64,000 bases of DNA from Vicugna vicugna (Eukaryota). The position numbers and the translations under genes were made by a program. Of this stretch, positions 23,791 through 36,309 are shown piece after piece; positions within the stretch are counted from its first letter, which is position 1; each line of letters opens with the position of its first letter. The stretch lies in NCBI GenBank assembly GCA_013265495.1, contig MU058221.1, positions 1,488,001 to 1,552,000 on the forward strand, read 5' to 3'. The notes beneath the pieces were generated by a model. That model made no database searches, was not told the DNA's origin, and saw nothing but the letters and a program-made list of their open reading frames with translations.

Positions 23791-24630
23791 GGTGTTAGTA
23801 TGATTATCCTGTTTCTCTAACCATTCAAAGGGGGACCCCACTGCACATCTGATACCCAGCTTTCCCTCTGCCTTGACACCCCCTAACAACTTCCGCATCT
23901 CCCTCCATGTTCTACGATGGCCGGTCCCCTTATCTGTAGACACTTGGCTTTCGTTCTAGCCTTCTTTAGATTTAAATCTCTTCTAACTAAAAATAAAAAA
24001 AAAAAATCTCTGTGAAACACTCTCAATTTTGAAAAGGGTCAAGCTAAAGAAAGCTTTCGAGGCCCACAGCAGCTATCACAAAGCCTCTTTTAAAGAAGAA
24101 AGCCTGTCATATCCATTGTTAAACTAAAGGGCTGGGGCCTGACATGCCGCGGCTTTAAAGACCGAGGACTCGACGTCTTCCACAGGAATAGCAGAGGAGA
24201 ATTTAGAGAGACCCCGAAATCATGCTTACATCTCTCTCTCTCTGTCAGATCAATAATTTTGAATGTAGGCTGTGAGCCTTTGTAAGTCTGAGGTATTTCT
24301 GTGATTACAGGCCCTACCAAAGGATAAATACGGAGATAAATATAGGATACTAAATCCTGCACGTATGTTTCAACTCACTGATTTCCATAAAAAGTTGAGA
24401 TACTCACCTGTCACAGCAAAAACATGTGAGCAAGCAACAGAATACAGCACGGTAATTATTACAGTCAACTGGCTACAAGGCTGCACAAATTGTAACATCA
24501 CTTCCTTCAGGAAACACACCGTGGAATATTCCAGTAATTATCCTAACATTGATATGACTTCCATCAGCTCTGCAGACCTTCTCCATACAACAGCGGTGCG
24601 CCTGCTTGTATCACTTATGGGGTTAAAACC

Positions 24631-24650
24631 CACACACACACACACACACA
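24631..24650. repeat. (CA)10 microsatellite
   Basis: Read directly. Confidence 0.9.
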
Positions 24651-26149
24651 CGCAAGCATCCTCATCCGTGTCCAAGGGAACCCTGAACCACTGTTCATCA
24701 CTAGATGAGACAGAACCAAAGAAAGTGAGATGTCAGCTAGCGTCATGAGAGAGTTAGGAACCGGCCCCCGAATTTGATTGATGAAGCCCACTTCTATCAT
24801 TAATTACATCCTTACCCATTGGCAACACAATCTCCTTAATGACTTCACGGGTGGTTAAAATTTCGAAATAACCAGTGTGGGGCCAGAGCCTGGAATCAAC
24901 CCGTTTAATAATGGGTCTTGATTTATTTCAAAAGCAAAACACAAACAAATGCTTATTCACATTTACCGTCAAATCAGAAACAAGAAATCAGCCAAAGTTT
25001 GTAGGCTTGTGGTTTTATATACACACACACATTGATTTCTTCGTCATTGGAAGCTAAAAGTAGCTGCACACTTACGGCAAAGCTCTCAAAGCTGCGCGTT
25101 CCCGTACTGAACATCAGTGATTCAGTGATACAGACTTTCCACGTGGTAAGTGCCAGCAACCCCTTCCCCAACTCTTTGGATCTCTCCTCCTCCTTTCTCC
25201 TTCCTCATTTGATCTCCCTTCCTCTCCCTCCTCTCCCAATCCTTCGCTCAGTCGGAAGGCTCTCCCTGGAGATGACATATATATATGCATGAACACACAC
25301 ACTTACAAGCATACACAGCCATCTATATAGCATGTACACACATGGATATAATAATTTTATATGTACACACGTATATAAAATATCATCTACCTTCTTTACA
25401 ACCGTCTCATCCCTAATACAGCCAAAAGTATATATTTTTCTTTTATTGTAGTAACTCGTCTACTCCTATATGTCACAACATTTTTTTGGTGAATTTGTAA
25501 GAAATAAGTGATGCCGAATTTGGGGAGCATTCCTTCAGAGAGAATTTGCTTTTACTTCTGTCAGTGTTCCCAGCTCAGTTTCTCCTCCCTCCTGGTTTTG
25601 GGTTGATGTACGAACCCCAAGCTCACCTTCCCAGTGGCATCGCTGCCCCAAGGCTCCCTGTGCCATCACTGCTGTGGTGCCGTCAGGGCAACTGCCTCCT
25701 GACTGGAGCCACGGGGGTGCGCCGGCTCCTTCTGATTTGGTTTCTTACCCCTACTCTCATTCTCCCAACTGCCTGACAACCCCAGGGGTCAGCCCGGCGC
25801 CCTGTTGCTCCTGCCTGGCACCCAGGCACTCCTGCTTCACTGACTTTGACTCCTGGCCTCTCCACGCCAGGTCATCTGTGTTATCTACTTGCCCATTTGT
25901 AGGGTTTCAGGCAGGATGGAGCAGGGGGTGTTCCTGGAGAAATCGGCTGCCCTTGGAGGCGCCAGCTACGCCTCTCGCCTTGAGCGCCACCAGCCCTTAG
26001 GGCCGGTCAGGACACCAGCGTTGGAGCTGCCCCCTCCCCGCTTCTCCACTAACATTTATACTCTCAGGAGGCTTGTCCGTCTCTCTATTTCTTCACTTCC
26101 CAGTGAATCTTGAACTTTCTCCATATAGACTTCCCCTCCTGCCATTCCA

Positions 26150-28255
26150 CCGGAGGTCTTCATGCTAAGGTCAGACAGAGCTCAGTTTTGCCAAATGTAA
26201 CTCTCAAGTCTGTTTTCAACTTACTCAAACTCTCCACGGTACTTGGCACGTTCCCTCCTTCACTGAAGTAATTCTGAAATCGGACCACAAAATATTTCCT
26301 GTTTCTTCCTCATCTTTCACTGGTTTCTTTCTGGGTTTTTATTGCTCTCTTTCTATTGCCAAAACATGGCCTCTGTACCACATGGAGTCTTGAGGACAGA
26401 GTTCTGGATGAAACAGAAAAGGCAGCTTTATTTCTTTGTTGGATAAAGGAGGTCACAGTGGACTAATGTCCCTAAGACCGTGAGCTTGCTGGAGAGAGAA
26501 GACAGGGGGTTATGTAGTAAAAGTTCAAGAATTCAAGGGGTGGAGCTAGTTTCCTCAGAGATCCCACACAGAGAAACAGAATGTTACAGAGTTGTTCTTA
26601 TTTTGCAGATTCAATGGTTCCCTTCAAGTTCACCTCCGGCTTTGAGACCCTTAATATTGTACCTAGAATAAATGATACATAGGAAGGGGCTCCATGGAAA
26701 AGAGGTCTAGCGAAAAACTTTAGCAGTTTAAAGTCAAGTTAATAAATGCTTCTAGCCTCTTAAGCAGGATGAGGTCTGGGGCCTCCTGCTACAGGCTGAG
26801 GACTGCAGCTCCAACAACAGGATACAAGGAAACCCAAAGGGTCAAGAGGAGGGCACTGGGGGCAGGGCAGGGCACTGAGCGTGATCCCTGCACACAGCAG
26901 CTGCAACACAAGGGGGTTGGCTGGACTGCCCAAGCCTCCTTCCTCCCCAGCCTAACCCTGGTCAGCAGCAGCATGAGAAAAGCCCTTTAAACCATCACAC
27001 AGTTAAGCAATTGCAAACACCATTACTGATATCAGATGGTCACCAATGATAACAATAGGGTCCTGCTGGGTTATACTTCCACCCACCAGGTGGCCATCCC
27101 TGGTCCTTGGGCCTCTCCTCTTCTCCACCTACATTCTCTCTCTTGGTGATCTCATCAGGCCCTAATGCTATATAAATTCCATCTGCACCCTGTGGATTCC
27201 CAAACTTATATCACCAGTCTTGACCCCAGAGTCATTAGTCAACTGCCTATTTGACATCTCCACTTGGCACAGATGCCACATAATTCAACATTACCAGACA
27301 GAATTCAAAAAACCAGAAATCTTGTCTCTGCCCCAAAACATGTTTCTCTTCCCTTGTTCCCCATTTCAAAAGAAAAAAAAAATATATATATATATATGAC
27401 GTGACTTTTTCATCAGTGGCTTACTCTGAATTCCTGAATTCCACTGTCACTCTTACACTGTGTATGCAATGAATCCACAGAGCTGTCAGCTATGTCTTAA
27501 AAACATATGCAGTATCGAGCCACACTTCAGCATCCCCACTGTCACCTCCTATTCCAAAAAGTCTTATCACCTGCCCAAACACGATGCCTTTCAAACTCTT
27601 CCTCCAGCTTGGGCTATCACCAGTGACTTACTTAAAATATTAATTTGATAATATTACTTTCTAATTTTGTCTCCTACCACTGTAATGATGATAATAGTCA
27701 CACTGACCTCCTTACTGTCCTTCCTACACTGTGAGCTCATTCTCACCTGCCAGATTCTGTATTCGCTGCTCCTTTGTCTGGAAGGCTCAGGCCCTAGGTT
27801 TTCCAGGATTGCCTTCTCCTTTTCATTCAGGACTCACTTAAAAGTCACTTGTCAGAGACGCCATCCTGTCTCCTAAACAGCCTTCAAGTTGGTTATACTT
27901 TATTCCTTTACCTTAAGGTTTTCAAGTGTTTATGTACTGACAAGTACCACCGACATTTCATAAATAATTATATCTACAATGTATACATACATCTGTGCAC
28001 ATGTGTGTTAAACAAACATTTACATACAAATACAAACATGCCATATGTATAAAACACATGCAGATATATCTGTATCTGCACACACACATACACCAATGTA
28101 TGTATGTTTTCTTCTATTTAGACTAGGTAGTATGTTTTATGAGGAAAGAAACTTTGCCTACCCTGGTCAACTCTTTATCTCCAGGGTCTACTACATTCCT
28201 GGTTCACTGTATACAGTCAATACATATTAATTGAATAGCGAATTAATTAATCTAT
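26150..28255 (+). mobile_element. L2 (ORF end plus 3' tail) interrupted by an ERV1-type element and TA/CA-rich sequence
   Basis: gtccttgggcctctcctcttctc…ttggtgatctcatc…caactgcctatttgacatctccacttgg…cacactgacctccttactgtccttcc…tail aattgaatagcgaattaatt. Confidence 0.7.
26354..27075 (-). mobile_element. ERV1-type LTR element (cetartiodactyl type), possibly composite
   Basis: gagttctggatgaaacagaaaaggcagctttatt (minus-strand AATAAA)…; far end gggtcctgctgggttata; 4-bp TSD-like tttc / cttc; L2 resumes on both sides. Confidence 0.65.
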
Positions 28256-28679
28256 CATAACCGTGAGACATGTTAGGTAACAGAAAAATTAAAACTATCT
28301 ATAAAAAGGAGGAATTAACAGTGAAAATTATGATGGGTAATTATAACACACATACACACACATACATACACTTACAATTTTAAATGCAACATGGTCCTTT
28401 ATATAATAGGAGTGTACATAGACATCTCTTCATTTGTATTTTTTATTGTGGTAAATTACAGATAACATACAATTTACCATTAGTGACATATTTTTAATAT
28501 TTAAAGTTGATCACAACAACTAAAAGCATGAGAATTTAAATAAAATCTAAGTACAGCACTAGGAAATAATTGAATATTTATTGCGTGTTAGGTACAAATA
28601 CTACAAATACATTCAATTTTTCTCTGCCAAAAAACTAAATTTTGCCTTTTAATATGTTTGAAATTTGATAAAATTTTTC

Positions 28680-30120
28680 ACAAACTGAGAAACAAATTAC
28701 ACTCATTAAATTGGAAAAACATGATGCATGCTGTATTCTGTGACTACATAAAACTAATTAGCAATGAATAATAAAGTTCAAAATACAACCCACAAAAAAT
28801 CACAGCAGCAACATTTGGAAGATCAATAAAAACAACTTTCCAAACACACAGCTGATCTTAGCAGAACTACGTTCAATTACAGACTACTTGCAAAACAGCA
28901 AAACTGAAAAGGAAAACATCAAAATACACGCAATACAAAATCTGAGAATTTTAACTGTGAAATGAATGAATTTTGGTGCATGGAATCGAGTTTTGAAACA
29001 ATTAAAAACAGAATAACAAAGCAAACATAATAAACGTAAGAGAAAGGAAATAGTAAAAGCCAACAGAAGATAATTACAGAGCAAGAAAAGAGTAAAACTG
29101 ACAACATTTCAAGAGCCGTTTTTTCCCCCAAAATTAATCTAACAGAAAAGAGTCACATATCTCCAAGGGCAAGTTGCACTAGAAGACCTGATGTTTTCAT
29201 ATATTCTAGGCTGTTTAATATTTTGGAGCAAAATTTTATTAAGTTGCTTTGGAAAAAAGCCACGTGGAAGAGCAACATTATAGGTAAGACCAACCTCTGT
29301 TTAACCCATCAGATACTATTTTGAGAAGCTGAACCAACCACAAGCAACCACCTCCGCCTTCTGCAAAACCCGCCAATCAGCACTCACCCTTCGGCATACC
29401 TCATCTGCATAACAACTTCCGCCCCCCTGGACCTGAGTGAGGACTAGCGGTGGGAAAGTTCGTCCCGCCCCTCTCTCTTTCAGACACGCCCCTTTCACTT
29501 TCAGCATATCCACCAATCAGAACTTACCTCTCAGCTCCTTTCATTTGCATAAGAACCCACCAATCAGCTCCCACCCATGGGGATAAATAACCAAGCCTGT
29601 ACACAGAACCGGGGCTGCATCCCGTCTGGAGAGCCTGTCCACGGGTCTCTCCCGAAGCCTGTAAGTGGACGTGGACGTGGGCGTTGGGCTGCCTGGAGAC
29701 CCCCTTCTACAGGTTTGCCAGAAATAGACTTGGCTCTGCCCCTGAGCGCTGTCTCTATTCTTTCCTTCTCTTCGACGCTGACACACGTGCTTTGTCTCTC
29801 CACGCTCACCTTGGAAAGCTTTTCCTCGGTGCAGAAATGAAGTCTCTGATTGCCTCCAGCTACCTGCGAGACACCCCGCCCTTGACAAGAGGGATTCGAG
29901 GAAAACCAGAGATTTCAAGTCCTTTGTTGCAAAGTAACAAAATTCGAAAGTTATTTTACAACTATTGTGCAGAACAGACTAATGGAATTTAGAAAAGGTA
30001 ATGGATTAGTGAGAAAACAACTTGAAGCTTCTGATTAATTTAACTCAATAATAAAAGTAATGAGAAATAGTGATTAAATTATATAGAAATCAACCCAGAT
30101 GATCAAAAATTTGTTATTAT
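28680..30120 (+). mobile_element. Highly decayed L1 ORF2 remnant interrupted by an LTR
   Basis: A-rich ORF2-like text (tattctgtgactacataaaacta…; ttattttacaactattgtgcagaacagact…) on both sides of the LTR. Confidence 0.5.
29151..29887 (+). mobile_element. ERV-type solo LTR with intact-looking promoter motifs
   Basis: Three ccaatcag boxes (29373, 29513, 29560), GC boxes, octamer atttgcat 29543-29550, TATA-like gataaata ~29582, polyA-like aataga 29723-29728, 3' end tgaca at 29887; 5' end tentative ((a)gtca at 29151; TSD aaag / agag). Confidence 0.75.
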
Positions 30121-32769
30121 TGGCTCCAGAAGATATACAGAGAATCAAGGTATAGTAGAAAGATTTTTTTCTGGTCTGAGGTACCTAAATTTCATCGACA
30201 CTTTCTTCTATAACTTCTGCTTGCTTCTGATTACTATTTCTTTGACCCTGTGAGTACGGAAGCAGCTTTTTCAGTATTTCTGGCATGCTTATTTTTGCAT
30301 TTGTCATGGATAACGTTTAGCTAGCTTTTATTGCTTGCTCATTATGGACCATAATTAAGAACCGTAGAGTAATACCTCTCCATACTAGGTCTGGCTTTCT
30401 GATCAAAACTTCATATGACAACGGTCAAGAAAAAACAAGCCGAAAAATCTTATTAAATACGCCAGAATATTAAAATGCCAGAAATAGACATAACAGTTTA
30501 TATGTTAAAGAAAATGCCTTTATTCCGGAAGCGTTTTTGTGAAACTCACTCTAAAAAAGACAAATTTAGTGCCTGTTACCTAATCCCTTGGCATATTAGA
30601 AACAGGAAAACAGTAGGAGGAGATTGACTGTTACCGGGAGACACAGAGAGTACTGAGAAGTGACAGCTCAGAAGCCAGGAAAAGCACACTGCTCTGGGAC
30701 AATTTATAGGAAGATAAAATAGTGCCATAAACTTCAACAGCTCCTGGGACTGTCACTGTATTAACGTGACACAGACCAATAATAGATGTGAGTATTTGAT
30801 GAGGAGACATCACAATAAGATAAATTATACTTCTAAAAAAATGACAACTGGAGGGCAAGCATTTAAATTCTCTCTTCCTAAATACTGCCTGCAAGAGACA
30901 AAGGAATGCATTAAAATGAATAAACTCTGAATAGTTTTTTTTTATTATGAAAACATGATTCCATAAGAGAATCAGCTTTAAACAGTTTCTTCTTAACTTA
31001 GATTCCATGAGGCCAAATAGAAGAAGATATATTAAAATGACTCCCAGCCTCCAGTCATGTCAGTGTTCATGGGTGGTCCAGGGGCAACAGAGGGGACTAC
31101 GGTAGGCTACCATTAGTAAGGTCACTCACTTCAAAGGTCAAGGTAAGCCACTGGGTACGTAGAGACCCCTCATTTTGGATCTCTTTTCTCTGTTCAAAAA
31201 TCAATGGCAATGGAAAAGCCAAGGACAAACCTAGCAATAGCAAATAGAATGAGGTTAATTTCTCAGTGGCTGTAAGCTTAATTATAATAATAAAAAGTTC
31301 CATTGTAAATGGGGCATAAAAGCCAGACCAAACACATAAAGAAGAAAAAAAATATGGGAATCTGATTCAGTGGCTTTGAGAAACAAAAGAAAACACTGCA
31401 CAGAAAAAGATCCCTGCTAGGTTTGCTTGCAGACGTAGTTCAATCCCACATCACTTAATATGAATAGAGATTTTAAGATCAAATACCAGGATATGGAACA
31501 AATATCAGACACAGATGATAAACAGTTTACTCTTTTTTTGGTTAATCCTTCAAGAAACAATCTCCAGTCTTAAGGAGTACTGAAAGACTCATTTCCTAAA
31601 TACCCACTATAGAAAAATACATTATGATAAGTAATTTATACATACACACATACAGTCTGTGTAAAACAGACCAAATTGCTCTGAAAGACTGGAAAGATCT
31701 TATAAACAAAGATTTTAAGATTTTAAAGAGTTTATAAACCAAGAGGTTATAAGGATGACTTATTATATACTATGTCATACTGATGGTGTAAACTATGATT
31801 TTTCATTCAAACACAGGTTACGGAATCGAATTTGATACAGAAATAAGGAAAAATCAGTAGTAATTGATATCATCTCTGAAGAATGTTTTAATTTCTGGAA
31901 AAAAGTCACAGTGCAGACTTAGGAATAAAAATACCTCAATCATCATTAAATCTATTTTAAGATAATGAAAGTTTCCCACATAATATAAGAGTGAGGTACA
32001 AGAATACTAATATGACAAAAATGTTTTTAAGTATATTCCAAAACAGTGTTATGAATTAATTTGAATTAGTTGGATAAGAACACAGGCTGAAATAGTCTAA
32101 TTTTAGAAGAGTAAAACCTCTCTTCAATGAAGCATTCTCTAACTTCTTTAAGAAGAGGTCTTGTGAGCATAGGGCAAGCTGAAGAAATGTAAATAAGAGT
32201 TTGTATTTTTAGTTTCCCAAATTATTTTTAGCCTTCCATAGAGTTACTTGCACATATTTAAACTCCTTTCTCCCCTAAAAAATCTGGTAGGGGGCAGAGT
32301 CTAGTTTTTGCTCAAAAGAGCTCAAGACACAAGTATGCTTTCTTAATTAGAAAAAGGATTTTTACTAACACAAGAATACAGAACATTCCATGTGGTTGCG
32401 TCTTAGTGACTAGGACAGAATTGTCTTTGCTTTTTCACCAAAAGTTTCAGAATTGCTTTTACATCTTTTGAAAGAAGTGCTAAAAGATTTTTAGAAAAAA
32501 AATGCACAAGTTAATTTTATTTCCTCTACTTCTGAGGACAGATAATCATAGAGCTTTAAGAAAACTGCTGAAGTTAGAACAACATGAGCAGATTGAAAAA
32601 AATCTTTGCAGAGTATATGGGACATTTTCTCCGTGATTCAAGGAGGAGGATGTATTGATAAAACAAGAGCAGCTGTTAGCAAAGAAAAACAGAATAGAGA
32701 ACAAGGAAGAGACAGACATAGAGACCAGTAAGCAAAGACAGTGCGGGAGCAACTTTTAAAAATCAGTCT

Positions 32770-33275
32770 TTAGATAAAGTCTATTCAAATCCTTGGTCTC
32801 TTTTTTTATTGAGTTATTTGATTCTTTGCTATTGAGTTGCAGGAATTCCTTGTACATTTTGAATATTAACCCCTTATATATGTGGTTTGTGGATACCTCT
32901 TCCCCTTTCCAAAGACGGCCTTTTCACTCTGTTAATTGCTTATTTTGCTGGGCAGATGCTCTTTAGTTGATGTAACTTTACTTAGCTATTTTAACTTTTG
33001 TTGCCTGTGCTTTTGATGTCATATTCAAAAAATAACTATTGCCATGGCCAGAGTCCTGAAGTTTTCCTGCTGTTTTCTTAGCTCTGAGTTTTACAGTTTC
33101 AGGCCTTAAATTTATGTTTTAATCCGTGTTGATCTGGTTTTGACTTTCGTGCATGATGTATGAACAAACTCCAGTTTTACTCTTCTGTATGTAGACATCC
33201 AGTTTGCCCAACACTTTATTAAACAGACTTCCCTTCCCCACTGTATCTTTCTGGCACCCTTGTCAGAGATCAGAC
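32770..33275 (-). mobile_element. L1 ORF2 fragment (L1MA/MB-like)
   Basis: tctattcaaatcctt…gctattgagttgcagg…atattaacccctta…ttttgttgcctgtgcttttgatgtcatatt…atccagtttgcccaacac. Confidence 0.85.
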
Positions 33276-33445
33276 AAAACCACGCCATGAATATGTTTGG
33301 GACAAGAAAGAAACGAAACCATTCCACAGAGACAGAAACGAAACTAAAATTTCTTCATGACTAATTTTTTTTGTGAAGATGAATTTTGAGCTGTTCATTT
33401 GGCATTTTTTAAAAAATCGTGTAGTAGGAGCTTCCACTGGAGCTT

Positions 33446-33682
33446 TTTTAATTAAAAAAATTTATTGAAGTCTAGTCGGTTTATAATGTGTCAATTTCCA
33501 GTGTGCAGCATAATAGTTCAGTCATACATACACACACATGTATTCCTTTTCATATTCTTTTTCATTATAGGTTACTATAAGATACTGAATATAGTTCCCT
33601 GTGCTGCACAGTATAAACCTCTTTATCTGTTTTATGTGTGGTGGTTAGTATCAGTGAATCTCAGATTCCCAGTTCATCTCTA
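33446..33682 (-). mobile_element. Lineage-specific (camelid/cetartiodactyl) L1 3' end
   Basis: tttattgaagtctagtcggtttataatg…ttttcatattctttttcattataggttactataagatactgaatatagttccctgtgct. Confidence 0.85.
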
Positions 33683-35559
33683 ATGTGACTGGCTGCTACT
33701 TCACCACCAAGGAGAACTCCACTGGAACACCAGCGTCCCCGCCTCCTAGAGTAAATGAATTAAGATAACCTGTCATTAAATTGTCCCCATTTCTTGACAG
33801 CATTCAAATAGATCTGATTCATTTTTACACCAAAAACATCTGAAAAAACATACACCAAACAGTTAAGATTAGTTAACTTACTGGTGGGACCATTTGTGCG
33901 ACTCTTTTTGTTTTTCCATGTATACTTTTCTTGTATTTTTAATTTAGAAACCATAATTTGTTCTTAAATTAAAGAAAAAACAGAAATGCAATGTGAAAAG
34001 GAGATTTCATGAGATTCAGTGTATTCGTGTGCCCTAAAACTTGTGCCAGTCTCAGTATTACCCCCCTGGCTGATGTTGGATTGTGACGATTACCTGGCCT
34101 ATTTGAAATCTTCTGCCAATAGACAGAGCAAAATGTTTGGTGAACAGCTTTGTTTCAGGTGATCAGGCTCTGAGACATTTTTTCTAATTTCTCCAATTTC
34201 AACATTGAAGTGGAAGTTGATTGTATCAATTGAGTCCATACTTACACAGTATTAAAGCCATCTTGGTGTCTGTTTCCCACTAAAGCATCACAACAGCATT
34301 GATATTTTTATACCTTATACAGAAGATGTTGAATATTCCTGCTGGGGGAAAAAAATCATATGTTGAAAAGTACATACCCCGTCAATCGGGTATGTTCCTG
34401 AGTTGACATGGAAAACAAAATCGGCATCTCATATGTGCTTGAAACAGTCGCAGATGGCTTCCAAAACAGCACCGTGTGTTTTCATTTGGGGATTCCATTG
34501 TTTAGACCACTTTTATTAATAATTAAAAATAAATCTGTGATGCCAGTAATTATAATAACCCATACCTGGCTTTGTACTGACACAATGACTCCAACTCCCT
34601 AAAAGGAGGTAAACTTAACCATATGATAGATTGGAGCCATAAGAAATATCCTCTTCTTTCCTAAAGGAAGAAGCAATTTTATATAACAGATTTAATGAAT
34701 TGTTTTTCATGTCATTCTCTGCAGATGTTTTAATTTATATTCATTTTCACAGTTTCTGAAATTTACATATGCAATGAAGAATTATTTGGGGAAACGTAAA
34801 AATCCCTGAACAATCGTGTTGAGAAATTTAACTTGTATTATCAAGCAAAAAAGGCTATTTATAATTGTGCAAAAATACAGGACTAAATATTTGCAAGGGA
34901 CTCAGTCTGCAACAATGTAACTGTATCCACAGAGATGGTTTCATGAGCTTTTCTCTAAATTCTTGTTTTAGTTTAGGTGGCAAGATGAAGCAATGTGTTT
35001 CAATTCAAATACACCTTCCACTCCAGAAACTTAATTAGGTTTTATTCTACATTATGCAGTATGGATTTACAGTCTGACTTAATACTTATTATGAACCACA
35101 AAAAATAAAGGTTTTCTAAATGAAAACTGTAAGAGCCATAAAGAATGAATCATTAAATAAAACAAGGCATTTTAGAATCCTTTTATGGTGAACATGTAAA
35201 AAATAGTGAAAAGAAAGCCACTAATGAAAATGATATGGTACAAATTAGAATGGAAAAAATTCTCTGATAATTAACATATGTAAAGCCATTACATACCACA
35301 CTATCTTTTATTGGTCTTTATTTTCCAAAGGGGTAATGAAATGAAAATTTCACTACAAATCAGTAGGCGTGTATTTATGTCCAAACTCAAACACTAATGA
35401 CACGAAATCTTCTGTAATCTTAGATAATCAGTATGTCTAAGCTTCAGTTTTCCAATTGTAAATTAAAAGTATTACACTGGATAACTTTGAAAGCTTCTTC
35501 TGTAATCTGTTTTTTTTTTTTTATTTTTATTTGAAGTTGTATCTCTCCAATGAGTTACT

Positions 35560-36030
35560 CAATTCCTTGAAAAACAAGCAATTTTTAGCAAGATGAACAA
35601 AGGTAGAGATGTAACACTCCCTAATTTGAAGTTACATTACAAAGCTATGCTAATCAAAACAGTATTGTACTTACTGTATAGGAATCATACCACAATAAAG
35701 ATGTTTTTAAAAAAATTAAGTGGGATGGGGAAAAAAAAAAGACAGTATTGTACTGGCATTAAAACAGGCACATAGGTCAGTGAAACAGAATGGAGAACCC
35801 AGACGTAAACCCATGCATATACGGTCAATTACTCTTTGACCAGGCGCCAGAAATACACATTGGTGAAAGAGCAGTCTGTTCGACAAACGGTGCTAGGAAA
35901 ACTGGATATCCACGTGCAAAAGGATGAAACTGGAACTTTGTCTTGCACTGTACACAAAAACCAAATCAAACTGGATTAAGACTTCAGACCTGAAACGATA
36001 GACGTCCCAGAAGAAAATATAACGGAAAAC
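35560..36030 (+). mobile_element. L1 ORF2 fragment carrying a small insertion
   Basis: acactccctaatttgaagttacattacaaagcta..taatcaaaacagta…aaacggtgctaggaaaactggatatccac. Confidence 0.85.
35672..35741 (+). mobile_element. ~70-bp polyadenylated retroposed insert with TSD
   Basis: TSD aaaacagtattgtact (35656-35671) / aagacagtattgtact (35739-35754); AATAAA 35694-35699; A10 at 35731-35740. Confidence 0.8.
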
Positions 36031-36309
36031 AAGTGGGAATGTTTATGCAAAGCAAAGGACATGACCACCAGTGGCATCACGACCATCTGAAGAGCGTGAA
36101 TTCCCGTCCTCACCGTGGTGTCACTTTAGCAAGACGCTCTAGGAGACAGAAGGATGAGACAGTGCACTTTGAATGTCTTGCGTTGCACAAGGCGTAGGAG
36201 AAGACTCAATGAATAGTAACGTCTTTCTTCTTTCTGACCCTCTTTGTCAATCAGTGACTACAGGAAAGAGAAGTCAGCAGGAGAGGCGATGCACCTTGAT
36301 GGTAAGAGT

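Noticed and set aside
30637..30910. Strong minus-strand acceptor (ttcctttgtctcttgcag) inside a 125-aa ORF
   Set aside because: Only weak donors downstream and the peptide is not recognisable; cannot be supported as an exon
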